From: Takakia lepidozioides | Lineage: Eukaryota; Plantae; Bryophyta | Direction of reading: 5' to 3' | NCBI GenBank assembly: GCA_030704615.1 | Contig: CM060733.1 | Coordinates: forward strand, 22,506,001-22,570,000 | Length of the DNA: 64,000 bases | Shown: one piece after another, positions 26,749-40,024 of the stretch | How positions within the stretch are numbered: the stretch's first letter is position 1 | Layout: each line of letters starts with the position of its first letter | Made by a program: the position numbers and the translations under genes | Notes under the pieces: generated by a model | Databases searched by the model: none | What the model was told of the DNA's origin: nothing | Seen by the model: the letters and a program-made list of their open reading frames with translations, nothing else

Positions 26749-27686
26749 CAGTGTTGTGCAGGTTCTGACTTCTTAAGGAACCTGCCGGGTCCGGGTGCGG
26801 GTTTTTTTTTCGGAGCCAAGTCCGGGTCCGGATCCGGGTTTTTGAAATTTGGAAAATCCGGGTCCGGGTTCGGGTCCGGGTTTGTCAACACGGACTCGGG
26901 TTAGGGTCCGGGTAGTTGTTGGGAAATATTAGCGGGTTCACGGGTTCGGATCCGGGTCCTAATTTATTGATTAAATAAATTAGAAAAATAAGATTAATTA
27001 GGTATAAATTTATTTTTGGTTGGAAAAAACTTTAAATCCTAATAATGAATTTTATTTTAAGAGACATTCCTTCAAAATATACCATGAATATGAATATGTA
27101 TACCATGAATAAGAATTAAATTAAGTTTGAGTTCCATTTTCTATTTTTCAATATCAATTCTTTAAACATGTTAAGAATAGTAATATGCCTCAAGGGTAGA
27201 TCACTATAGCATGGATGTGTGGGATCTGGCATAATAATAATATATGACGTCTCCTTTGGGAGGTGTAAATTATGGTCCCAGAGGGCACAACTTTGTGACA
27301 TCACTCCGGTGATTGAACCCACAACCGCTTTTGAGGTGGTATGTGGGCATTACCACTGGGCTACAACGTGGTGGGGCTGGCTGCTGCTGCCTATTACTGC
27401 TCGTCCCCTCCACACATATGACAAAACCTACCAGATCTAAGGTGGACCCCGTATGCCCCATCTAAATTTAAGTCCTGGACCCTGACCCGCTACATTGGCC
27501 CACGGGTAGCGGGTTTAACGGGTTCTGGACCCAGCAGGCGGGTCCGGTTCCGGGTTTATTTTAGAAATGAATCCTGGTTAGGGTCCGGGTTTTTTTGTGA
27601 TACCACGGGTCCGGGTGCGGATCCGGGTAACCCGGATCCTAACTCGCCGGGTACCCGCCTTCAAAACCCGGACCCGCACAACACTG
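26749..27686. mobile_element. Non-autonomous hAT element
   Basis: TIR CAGTGTTGTGC / GCACAACACTG, 8-bp TSD GTCTTTAC, CCGGGT subterminal repeats. Confidence 0.92.
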
Positions 27687-28569
27687 GTCTTTACTATGTG
27701 GGCTTGTGAATGGTGTCTATCACCATTGGGATGGGAAGGGAGGAGGGAAACTGGCTATTTCTCAAAAGCTGTTATGGGCAAGTTTGATTGAAAGCGTAAT
27801 TTAGAACCCTCGCCTTATCTTTAGAAGTGAAGGTGTATCTTTGCACAGATGGAAAAACAAACAAAATCTTTTGTATAGAGGAAGGCCCGGAGTGGAGGGT
27901 GCTCCTTGAATTTTATGCCCAGGCCCCAGACCGAGGCCATAGTGCATAAATTTCAAGGAGTGCTAGACACAAGGGTCTTCCTCTCCATAAAAAAAATGGG
28001 ATGACTTCTTTTTCCTTTCATCATTTCTTTTGGTTTGCACTAGACATAGGATGGGAGTGGAATGCGCGTGTGAGCCTTGCCCATACGATCGCCTGAATTA
28101 GCACAATGGAAGCGCTGGACTCGTACCTAGGCTTGCCGGAGACAGGGCGCCCTTGGCGGGGCCTGAAGTCAAATCGCCACCCCCTCAGCCTCGCCTTTGT
28201 GCCAGTTTATGGAATAAAACATTAGACATTTCCATTGATTGCACATCGACGGCGAGTAGCTTAATGACAAGATCATTTCTTTTTCCTCGTTGGGGATGTG
28301 GGATTCAAACCGTGGCCAAGGTGCAATTCATCTGAAATAGTCAATGATTTAAAGTACTTAAGATGAATTTTTTGTATCTCCAAAATAATTCGAAAACCTT
28401 GAAGCGGATCTCTGCTCCCCCCTTCCCATTCTCCGCTCTTCCGTTCCCACATATATACCGCTCCCCCGCTCCCCCGCTTTGCTCCCTTGCTCCCTTGTGG
28501 TGCTCCTCTGGTACTGCTTCCGCTCCCCCGGATTTGGGATTGCTCCCCCCTGTGCTCCCCTGTTATTAC

Positions 28570-29018
28570 CAATGTTGGTCTGGTTTTAGGCGTAGGACAT
28601 ACCAGACTAGCCCCATCACAAAACTTCCATACTAGTCTATAGAATGGTGGATGTATTTTTTTCCAGATATTGGTATGAGTATGAGTATCATGACCACAAT
28701 ACCAGCTGGTATGAGTATCAATTCTGGTATCATTCCAAAGCCATCTTGACTTACAGGTTTATCACATATCAAGTGGATAAATATAAAATAAATATAAACA
28801 ATTACATGTATGTACACATAAATTAGTATAGTACACATACCAGATTAAATGAGGAAGGAGGGGGGTTACTAGTATTGGGGCTGGTATGAGAGATACCAGC
28901 CTGGTCTGGTATATGACCTGGTATGTAGAACTTAAAAGACCAGGCTGGTCTGGTCCTTGATACTCGGGTTGATACCAGCATTGATACTCGGGTCTGATAC
29001 CCAACCAGACCTACACTG
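28570..29018. mobile_element. Non-autonomous hAT element nested in a GCTCCCC-repeat region
   Basis: TIR CAATGTTGGTCTGGTT / AACCAGACCTACACTG and 8-bp TSD GTTATTAC. Confidence 0.88.
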
Positions 29019-29840
29019 GTTATTACTTCCGCTCCCCCGTGTTCGTGCTCCCCTGTTAGGGGCCGCGGAAACACAGGGAAGCAGTAATAGGGCATAAATA
29101 CAAGGGAGCAGTAACAGGGGAACGTAATGCAATAACAGAGGAACAGAGAACAGGGGAGCGACGCAGCAGGAACAAGGGAGCAAAGGCCAGGGAACATGGA
29201 GTGAGTGCAGGCCTCAGGAAAGGCCCCTCATGCCGGCCCGCAGTCAAACCCCCACCCCATGCGCATTCAACTCCCATCCTGTGTCTAGTGTGTTTTTTTT
29301 TATGATAAAAAGAAATGGGACTAGTGAAGGAAAAGATCTTGGAGATAAAAGATAGGGAAATGTCGGAGGTATGCATTAGACGGAGTGTAATCGGCATTGT
29401 GAATTATACTTTTTGGCCTTGCCTTTCTAAGGCAGGACTACGCAAAGGGTTTGAGCCGCTTTAGCACCGATACTCTCGATTAGACTACCAATTTCATCGA
29501 GACAGTTGTCAAAAAGAATATTCTTTTTTTAGATGAATGATATCCGTTCGTTGGTCAAGAAGGTGACGCGATGGATGTTTGCAAGGATGTATGCATGATT
29601 TATGAAGGTGCTGAATGACGGTTATATCAGTGCTCAGGGTTGGCAAGGGTTGTATTGAAGAAGGGGAAGGTGCAGCTGTTTCGTGACGGCAATCCCATGG
29701 TCTACAGTGGGGCAGTGGATCGTGTGGTAGGCAGGCCTCGTTTTGTAATGCTCTATGTACTAGTGAAGGAAAAGATCTTGAAGGTAAGAGATAAGGAAAT
29801 GCAGGAGGTGTGCTAAGGAGTGTAATCGCATTGTGCATTA

Positions 29841-30209
29841 GGGTAAGTTGGCCTATGACCGAACAGGCGTCCATGACCGAACACGCCATTAACACTTCTG
29901 TCAGTACCTATGACCATGCAGTGCTGGTCCCAAGACTATCCATTTTTGCCACTTGGTGAACAATCATTTGATATAACCCCCCAAAAAGTGTGAGTGGTCA
30001 TAGGGCTCTTGGTGTATACAAGCATTCTGATTGGTTCGACTTTGAAACCCTACAACTTTGTGTAGGATTCATGAAATCAAGTAGTTCCATGTTTGTAGGT
30101 TGCCCCATATGTGGGACACCTTATGAAATCTACCTGAGGTAAAAATGACAAAAATTCATCGTTAGTTTTTTCACCATCGTTATTTGAACGGTCATAGGCC
30201 AACATACCC
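29841..30209. mobile_element. MITE with TA TSD
   Basis: TIR GGGTAAGTTGGCCTATGACC / GGTCATAGGCCAACATACCC. The empty-site paralog near 29320-29415 reads gtgaattatacttttt. Confidence 0.85.
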
Positions 30210-30599
30210 TATACTTTTTTGGAAATGCCCTCGTACGTAGTATTATGCTGTATAACGAAACAATATTAACGAAGAGAAATCAGCCCCAGTTCTTTACGTA
30301 GGGAAAAAGAACGTCCAGTTCTTCTTTGTTTGGGGGACCTACAATGATATGGTTGAAAAGAGACATCATATTTTAATGTCATTACTTGTTCTCAAAATGG
30401 TTCTTTTGTTAGGATGGCTTGTGAGATCGTCATGGGACTCTCTCCGAAGTCACATTCGGTAAACAAAATTACAAATACTTACACACATGACGTTTGCAGC
30501 CTAGACAGTAGCAGGGTGACAGGGATGGGACGTACGGACACAAAAACCTATGTCAAGTAACAAACAAAACAGTGGTAACTTAAAGGCGATATGGACAGT

Positions 30600-31780
30600 G
30601 CATCCTCAGGCTAAATCACATTATGTGCGCATAGCAGGGATGGTACATGAATTGGCCAAGCTTGACACATGGAATTTGAGGTACTCACTCCCTGAAAATG
30701 CCAAAGAAAGTTTGTGAGAGGATATCACAATATATAAATTGGGAAGCTTGATCTTTTCAAGTTGGATGGTCGAGATCATCAAACTTGACCCTATAAGTTA
30801 GTACGCGGGTTTTGATTGGTATAGTTCAAATGACAGTCTTCATGAAGGGATAAAGAGGACGCCAATCTTGCCGCCATTTTGACACCATTTAGCCTTTCTT
30901 TTAAATCTAGGACATTGTGAGATCACCTAAACCACGTTATGCACACACAGCAAGTGCTACATGAATTGGCCAAGGAATTTGGGGTCCTCGCGTCCTCACT
31001 CCTTGAAAATGTCAAAGAAAATTTATGGACAAAGACCCCGAATTTCTTATAGTTATTGGGAAGATTGATTTTTGCAAGTTCAATGGTCTGGATCTCCGTC
31101 GGACATGACCTTATGATTTATCATAGGGATTTTGATTGGTATACATATATATGACACCAACCGAAGTTAGCTTGAATGAAAACCTTTTTTGGGGGAGTGG
31201 GCTCTATTGCATCTTTTGATTGGTGTAATTGTGATGACCAGTCTACAAGAAGAGATAGGAGAGACCAATTGTTGGGCGGGTACATTGGTTGGAGCTAGTT
31301 CTCAACCCAGTCCCAGGAACCTACCCCATAGGGAAAATGAACTTAGTTTTCAAGCTTGGTAGCACCTTCCTAAATGTTGAGGGCCAACTTGTTGCCAAGA
31401 CGGAATGGGCACATACAACCTCGGAAGTGGTTGTGGGTTCAATCCACCCCTATTGGTGTCACAAAGGTGTCCACATTCTCGTCGGAAGGTAGTAGCCCTT
31501 GCGGGCTCAAGAGACACCATCATTTATGCTTCCTTGGGAGACGTCACCCCTTTTTTTTGAGGGGCTGATATCCCTATCAAGATGAAGATCTGGACCATCC
31601 AACTTGAAAAGATCAATCTTCCCAATATATATTCGGATATCCGCTCATAAATTTTCTTTGACATTTTCAGGGAGTGAGTGTGACCCCAAATTCCATGTGT
31701 CAAGCTTGGCCAATTCATGTACCATCCACAGTATGCGGTGTATAATGTGGTTTAGGTGACCTCACAATGTCCTAGAAATT
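30600..31780. repeat. Direct plus inverted ~200-bp repeats flanking a degenerate insert
   Basis: ~30620-30800 is inverted at ~31575-31755 and repeated directly at ~30910-31145. Confidence 0.7.
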
Positions 31781-32380
31781 TCAAATTTCAGACTACAAAC
31801 AAGATGGCTACCTAAATTATTTGGTTTGGCGGTCTTAAGAGCTAGTGGAGCCTTACGTGGGGCCAAATGTGTTTGAGGTGACAAGGTATGTAGCAGTGGT
31901 TGTGGTGCTGGTCTAAGAGGCACACGAGGCACACCAACCCCTCGACCACACCAACCCTCGCGACGACCACTTGATGATGTGGTTGGAGTTCACCGGAATG
32001 TCAAAGAGTCGGACCTTCCCAAGATGCCCTATCTACAGGTAAACTCCGAAATTTTGAACTGTTGCTTAACTACATGGCTAGAGTGTTCAAGGAGGGTAGT
32101 ATGGCGCTGAACACTACTTGCATGTAACCAATATTAAGTTTTTAGCACTTTTGAGTTTTGTTTATGAACTTTTAAACTAAGGATTGTCGCTTGTGGTGCA
32201 CTACAGGCGGTCATGAAAGAATCATTTCGTCTCCACCCAAGTGCTGCAATGATCGCCACGGTTTCATGGAAGGTATGCAAATTTGACCTCGTTTATTCTT
32301 GACATGGTAGTTCAAGGAAATATAGGTCCTTCAGTACAAGACTGAGGCAGGAGAATCCTCATCAGTACAACAGTGAGTGT

Positions 32381-35150
32381 ATGTCTAGCTCAGGATCGAG
32401 AGACACACTCCCAAGCCTGGATAGCATATCGTTTGACACCAGGTTACAAAGAAGACTGGCTAGAGAAGCCGTCCGTGATCAGTTGCTAGGGAAAAACCCA
32501 GCATTGAGTCCAGAGTCAAACTCAGAAACTAGAATTTTGGGAAAGATAGTGTGTGAAGGAGAGAACACTGAAAGTTCTTCGGACATCGAGTGTTCACGAG
32601 TGGTTTCCCCTATATCTAGTCCCCCTTATACCCCACCGGCCAGGTCAAGGAGTCCCTCGCCGTCATTAGTGTCAACCATGGTACATATTCCAGGACCTCC
32701 TGAGGTACCCATTGTGGTTCCAGCAAGTCCACCCCCGCTAACATTGCCCAGGCATCTGCCTTGGTTCTCCGGGGAAGCACATGAAAATCCAGAATATCAT
32801 GTGAAAAGCTTCATTCAATGTTGCTACTCTAACCAAGCACTAAACGATGCCTATTGGCTGATATGGTTTCCCACAACCCATGAGGGGAAGAGCATCTACT
32901 TGGTATTGGCAACAGGCTCCAGGTATATTTATTACTTGGCAGCAGATTCGGGACGCATTTCTAGATCATTTTCGGGCAGTCCACCAGTTCACCAGTGTCT
33001 TGATGGCACTGGCAAGGATTAACCAAGGCCCCACAGAGGAGGTAGCAGACTTTGAAATGCGATTCTGGGAGCTAATGCGACTCCAAAACCCTTTGACCCC
33101 CCTAGATGATGGGGTACTCAAAGATTGTTTTTTGAGTGGATTACGAGAGGCCACTCACTTTCATGTTTTGTAGCAAAGACTTGCAACTTTGGTAGATGCC
33201 ATACAAGCGGGCAAGGAATTTGACAATATGCATCGCCAAGTACAATGAGCTAAGATGCCCGACTTTGCTCTACCATCGTTCATTTCAATCAAGCCCGCGC
33301 ATGAGCCGGCACCAATAGCGGTAATCCAGTCCGCGCTGCATTACACGCCATCTTATTAGGAGAAGTAAGACCCTATGCCCCAGCAACGTCCCCAACACCC
33401 GTAGTAGCGCCAACGGTGCCGCAATACACGAATGCTGTTCCTACCAACTCACAGGCAAATTCAAGCGGACAATCCAATTCGCGAGTGGGCCATCTAGAGG
33501 CACAAGTCACTTCTCTCATCAAGACCATTGAAACAATGGGCGACCGCATGAGCTCAATCAATCAGCAGATTACTAGCTATGTGGGGTACCGAGATGCGGC
33601 CTGTCGCGCACCTCACTTCGGTAAGCTCCCCTTCAAGTCATAGTTACTCGCTTTGATACGCGCGCCTAACTCCCAAATCGGCCGCCGGGCCAACTTGGAG
33701 CTTAGGCTGCTCACCGGGACATAACGGTCCCCCTTTACTCCTCCACGAGACCCTCTCTCAATTTGAGCCAAGTGGAAATTTCCTTTGGTCGATGGCAGTC
33801 CGGAACAGCTCCCCACATCTTGGTTGCTTTCCGGCTCGCTCGCTTACTCACTAGCTTTTGGTCACCAACGGGCTTGCACAGTTCTCGGGGTTACTACTCC
33901 CTATATATACTTCTATGACTGTCCGCGGGGGTTTCACAAACAACCATGCCATTTTATGGCAAACCACCACGAAAACCCTCGACTCCCGGTGATGAGTCAC
34001 GGTGAGTCTTGGCCCACCCACCACGGTCCCATTGGACCGTGATGAGTCCCAAGACTCCCCACGACTCCCACCACAAGGTCTTCGCACCCATGGTGAGTCT
34101 TATGCCCCCCCCCCACTAAGTCCCACTAAGCTACCACCACCCCTCATGGAACCACCCCCACCGCAACCCGGTGTGCGGGCTCCACCTAGTGAGCGCCTCC
34201 GCTTCCTTGAGTGCCTTGGGCACTCAAGGGTGCTTCAGCCCCCGCATCTATTGTTGCCACTGCCCCCACCACAGGGGCAGCCCCTTCGTGTCCCGACCCC
34301 CTGCCCTCAAGGCAAAGGGCCGCGACACGGCCCCCGTTGGAGAGTCCGGTCCCAACCCGGCCAAGGTATGGTGTTCTAATTGCAACAACTCGGGACATGC
34401 GTCTCAACACTGTCCTTATCCCATTCAGGAAAGGCAGATAAACCGGAACCCAACTTATCAAGATAGGCCAAAAAGGCAATTCAATCAATCCCGAGGAGGA
34501 TGTCAAAAATTTGGAAGAACCACTCACCCAACTGAAAATTGTTGGAGTAACATTGTGTGTTTGCACTGCGGCCAACGAGGTCACCCCTTGGACAAATGTC
34601 CTCATAGACAAGTGGACCAGCCTACGCCGGCCACCATTCAACAAGTAGAGAGGAATTTGGAAGGGCAGCGAGCACCATTCCCGGATCAGTATACCACTGA
34701 ACCACCCAACCCTCTACCACAACATCATAGCATGTTATTCACTACTCCAACGCAGATAACGCAACGGCCTAGAACAGATCAGGCAGGCCCATCATATTCC
34801 GGGGGCAATGCAACTATGGGACAGAATTCCCGAGCAGCCTATTCAAATCCTGCGGCTCAGATAGCCCAGGGTTCTTCTAATACGTGGTCTCCCCTCAGGA
34901 TGTAAGGGTACAGGGAGGGCAGCAGGTGTCCGCTTCGGCGCCATCCCAGCAGTAGGCCAGTATGCATCCCGGTCAATCGTCCCGTCAACAGGAGACGCAG
35001 CACCAAGTCAATTGGATTTCAAGTGAGTTCGGCGCCACTCAAACTACGCAGGCTAGAAGGTAGCTATGTAGTAATGACCCGACAACAATGAGATACGCTA
35101 GGGAAAGGCCCTGGGTATGTGGCGTCGGAGTCAGCCACATCGGGATCAGA
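32381..35150 (+). mobile_element. Degenerate LTR-retrotransposon gag with CCHC zinc knuckles
   Basis: LPWFSGEAHENPEYHVKSF, ASTWY..., and knuckles CSNCNNSGHASQHC and CLHCGQRGHPLDKC. Confidence 0.8.
33602..34327. mobile_element. Solo LTR inserted in gag
   Basis: Ends TGTCGCG...CGCGACA with 5-bp TSD CGGCC. Confidence 0.85.
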
Positions 35151-35329
35151 ACAGAAAGATCGGAACTTTAAGAGCGCAGCTATGGCGTGAGCCTAGCCGC
35201 GTGAGCCCAGGAGCTCGGCTCACGCTTTGCCCTCTAAGCGTGAGCCCAGGGGCAAGCCCCATACCCGAGTCCTCTGTTTAGAGAGGGTCCTATTGTCGTG
35301 GAAGCAGTTATAGCGCTTAAAAAAAGAGG

Positions 35330-36190
35330 TATAGAAAGAATAGAATGGTCATTGTGAAACTTACTGAGGTTTTCTTATTGAAGAAGAGGTGAAAAAAAAG
35401 GCTGGGTGAGTCATCATGAATGTTACTTAGGGATTCTTGCATGAACAATAGGCAAGAAAAGTTTGGATGCTCATTGTCAAGCTATCTGACGTTTCCAGTA
35501 TTTCATCCATGGTGGATGGATGATGGATGGATGAAATATTGAAGGAGAGGTTTAAAATAATGAGGATGGGCAAGAACAGGCCCCAAAATATGACCACTCA
35601 TTGTGAAACAGGCAATGGTTTTTATTAATGTAGATGAGGTGAAAATTTAACAGATGACCATCTTCAAGCTTATTTAGGCTTTGTTTGTGAAGAAGATGTG
35701 TAACAAAATGAGTGGTTTATTGTGGAACTTGTTCAGGTTTGTGTTATTGAAGATGAGGTGAAAAAAAAACACATGGTCATTGTGATTGCTTATTTAGGGT
35801 GTCTTTGTGAAGAAGATGTAAGAAAAAACATTGAGCTATCCTTGTGAAACTTGTTTAGGATTCTGTTATTGAAGAAGAGGTGAAAAAAAAAATCAGATGG
35901 TCATCATGAATGCTTATATAGGGTTTGTTTGTGAAGAAGAGGTGAAAAAAAAAGTTAAGCTCTATCATTGAAAACTTGTTCAGGTTTCTGTTATTGAAGA
36001 AGAGGTGAAAAAAGAAATCAGATGGTCATTATGAATGTTTATTTAGGGTTTGTTTGTGAAGAAGAGGTGAAAAAATTGAGCTCTCATTCTCAAACTTGTT
36101 AAGGTTTCTGTTATTGAAGAAGAGGTGAAAAAAATATTAGATGGTCATCATGAATGCTTATTTAGGGTTTGTTTGTGAAGAAGAGGGCAA
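35330..36190. repeat. Degenerate ~120-bp tandem repeat (GAAGAAGAGGTGAAAAAA core)
   Basis: Repeated units visible directly downstream of the SWIM gene. Confidence 0.85.
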
Positions 36191-36386
36191 TATTGGGGGT
36201 GGGGGCAGAATTGGTGTGCGTTGACGTACTCAATTTTAGAGGCTCGTTAACCAAACCCGATGAAAAAACAAACTACCTTTCATAACGAGACATCGTTTGC
36301 TTGTCCAGATTTAAGAACTGAGTATACATGTTTTACAAACAAGGCAGCCCTTTCCGACTTTGCGGAAAATCGCAACATATGCAACA

Positions 36387-38170
36387 CTACTCGATATTGC
36401 CAATGTCTCGCTGCAAAAGTGTCCGTACCTCACCAGGACCAAGTGTCACCTGGTGAATGATTTGGTCTCTTTTGGGATCACAATACATCATGCGCAAAAA
36501 GATGTAGTAAAGATGCTTGCAGGGAACCCATTTCCCTCTCTTTCCTAGACCTTCCTCACGCATACACACGAAGTCGGGACAGGTACACCCCGGAAAATTC
36601 CCCACCGTCACCTGATAGGCCCTGTCGTGCAAAACAGACCCAGATGTGACCAAAGTATAAACCCGTCCATACCCAGGTGAAGGTACTTCCATAGTTCCTG
36701 TTACCCGAGCCTGAAGTAGTCTGGCCGATTCCACCTTCACATCGTGATCAGGCCCCAAAGCCACCCAATGCACTGTTTTGCCATTCCTTCTCGTGGGATG
36801 CGAAGTATCGTCTTGAGGAGGCACCATAGCAGCAAGGCCACCAAGAGTCGACGCCACAGATCGGTGCAGACGAAAGTCGGCGTCCTCCAACTTGCCAATC
36901 TCCAGTGCTGTTAGGGAGGTTCCCACCCACACTGGCCAAATGGTGGGTGGGGGAGGCTTAGCAATGCAGGAGTCGCGGATGGTACCATTCACACATCAAG
37001 CCATATCGTCCGGGCAGAACCAGAATTTGTGCATCTTCGACTCCTTTGACATATATGGCCGAATCAAACCTGTGAACGTCGGAGCTGGAGTACCCGCTGA
37101 GCCTTTGGCTATCCTGGACTTACACTTTTCATAACTAATGGCCCTCACTGCAGCGCAGCCAACTCTAGACCCTGGAGTAGTTCGCTCGATGTGCCATTCG
37201 GAGTCAGCACAAAGGTGACTCCTGCACTGCCCCCTTGTGGTCCTGCTGGAAACCCGCAATTACAGGGGTTGCAGGTAGAGGACAGGTCTCTGTGGAAGAG
37301 GATGCACCAGCAGCCTCTTTCCTACTGGACGCCATGCTTTGTAGTGGAGAAATCTTGGGTACAGAGAAGTTGTCTCTGTCATGGCGATGTGAATCCCCTT
37401 CTGATCCTGGAGGTGTATTTAGCTTGCGTTTGCAAGTCCCAAACATTTCCTCTCCTTCCAGATGGGGCGAGCCCATTATGCACCTGTTCACTGCCTTTGC
37501 CATCTTCGTTGGATCCCCGGACCTTCTTGCAGCCCTCAGCATCAACTCTGCTGTATCGGGACCCTTGCCCCCACATCGCCCCCTGAGGAAGTCACGATAT
37601 CTTGTTTGCTGGGTTAAAGCTCGTACCAGATCATCTGTTGTAGCAATGTACAGATCTCTTCCTGCTTTGCCAGATTGCTGCTTCCAGGCGGCCAGGTTGC
37701 AGGACGGCATGTCCGCAATGTCCTCAAGGGACATGTCATGTGAAAGGAAAATGAAAGAGCGTCATTCATGCAAGCGCGGACTGTTCTGGGAACAAAGAAA
37801 GAAACTGGGCACATACAAGGGATTGCAGAGGTGAAATGCAGCTTACAGTAGTCATGAAAGCCCCCCATTGCCTATATTTGAAGTGCCAGAAGACCAACCA
37901 GTCTTCCAATTCTTTGACACCGTCCTGATCAGTAGCCCCTGACGAGAACCACCATGCTCTCACTGTCTGGTACATGGTCTCAGCCTCTTCCATTGTAGTC
38001 GCATTCTTGTACATGAAGCAGAGCCTCATGTGCTTCGCCTGCAGATCTCTTCTGATGCACCTCTTCGTATGTTTCTACAGGGACTGAGTCCAGTGGAATA
38101 GACATGTGCACTCCCTATTAGGCATGGGAACCTTTGGATCACCAGATCCAAAAACTCGGCGCACAGAGTT
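36387..38170 (-). pseudogene. MULE-like DDE transposase 3' half with SWIM finger
   Basis: ECTCLFHWTQSL (CxxH motif of Mutator-type transposases), WL.FW..KYRQWG, MPSCNLA, FWFCPDD and SWIM PGCTCPDF...VPCKHLYYI. One intron at ~37760-37848; in-frame stops. Confidence 0.72.
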
Positions 38171-38756
38171 GAAGTTAGCCTGGGGGGTTGCTATTCCATA
38201 TGCACAAGTTGCGTGCATGCATGCACAAAATCCCTTATTATATATGCATGTGACAAATTTGTATGCACACATTGTAGATTGTATGCAGTGGAGTTATATA
38301 ACATAGAATACGACGTATTTATTGCATATGCAAATGTTACATCATATGTATATAGAAAAATATATTTTTCTTAGCTAACAAAATCAGTAGTCAATGGTCA
38401 AAGATGCATGTGACCCTTAACTCCAACTAATGCACCACCTTAAACTGAAGAGAATACAAGATCCCTGGCCAAAGTAATAGTTTGCAAACTTGTATTCAAG
38501 GAAAACAGTTTCATATTAACCAAAATATGGACTTTTGTACTAACAAATGCATATGTGTCATGTTTGAGAAAAAATTAATTTGAAAACTTGTATGACAGGT
38601 ACACAAGTTCCATTTTAACCAAAATAGGAACTTCTGTACTAACAAATGCATATGTGTCATGTTTGGAATAAAGTAGTAACAAGATAATTACATGTCACAT
38701 GCATGAAAATGAACGGCACAAGTTAGAGGTTCTTTTTTTGTGCATTTCATGTGTCA

Positions 38757-40024
38757 CTAAGAAGTTGAACTAGGGTCCTTCTTTAACATAGCCCTAACCT
38801 CTAACTGGCTAAGGGAAGGTAGGTGGATCTCATAAGCCCCGGCGCATCCTAGATGCGCGTTGTACATGAAGTACATGTGCTTACAAGGTAGATATGTTTG
38901 TTTTTTCTTCTTGACAGATAGCTCATCAAAGTCGGGACAATCACAAGATGGAAACTGACCAATGTATACATTGTAAGCCAATCCTGCTCTGGTAGATCCC
39001 TCTGTTTGTAGCTGGTAAATTCTTCCATAACCTGGCTGAGGCACGTTTCTGAATCCACGAACCTCAGCAATAAGAGTCTCCGCTGACTCTTGGCGACTCA
39101 AGTGTCGAGGAGTCGGATCCCGACGCCGAATGCGCACCCCATAGCGTGTAGTAGGATACTTACCCACAGGAAGGACCACACCTTGATGAATATGTTGTTC
39201 CATTGGAAGTGGTCCCACAGGGAAGTTCGGTTCAGGAACGTTGGGAGGATGGACTAGTCGAAAACCTGCAAGGGTCAAGTTGTCCACCTCTTCTTGTGTA
39301 AGGTTAGTTCCAACCTTCACAGGTATACCCGGTTTTCCCAAGCAACAGGATGGCACGGTCCCTCCAACACACGACAAAACATCTGTGGGGCAAAACCAAA
39401 AAACTTGCAGTTTTGGTTCTTTGATGTTCGGTGCTAGTAACTTGCCAGTGAAGCAAGGTGCAGGACTTCCTTTACCTTTCCTGATGAGCGCTTTGCATTT
39501 ATCCTTGGAGACTCCAACCAAGGCAGAACAACGAACCACGGAAGCATGACCTGTCCGCTGAATCCTGAACAATGCATCGGAAAAGTTTTATGTCTCTCTC
39601 ACTGGATTTCCCCATTGCATTGGCTGAGGAGGGATAGCAACATGTGGATTTGACTCACAGAAAGTCGAAGAACCAGGAATGTCATGATTTGATTTGGAGC
39701 TGACAAACCTAGATGGCTGGTGTGGACTAGGCATCCCAGTGGCGCGCACTGGAACGGACTTTACATTCATATCACACCTCCAAGATTCATTTGGCCCACC
39801 ATGCTCATCGCCTAACTTGCGTTTGACTAGAACAGTGCGATTGTCTCCCTCCAATTGAACCCCTCTTGTGTGCATGGGTGTTCCAGCTACTATGCCACGT
39901 ACAACCTTACCCATTTTTGCTGGGCTATTGGATCTAGCTGCTTGACGCAACATGAGCTCCTCTTTGTCGAGCCCCGTCCCCCATGTCTTTCATGTGGTGT
40001 GCCTGTAAAATGTTGCCTGCTGCA
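38757..40024 (-). pseudogene. Second MULE-like transposase C-terminus with SWIM finger, truncated by the LTR element at 40025
   Basis: PAPCFTG...FWFCPTD and PSCDCPDF...LPCKHMYF; homologous to ORFs at 36387-37734. Confidence 0.75.
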
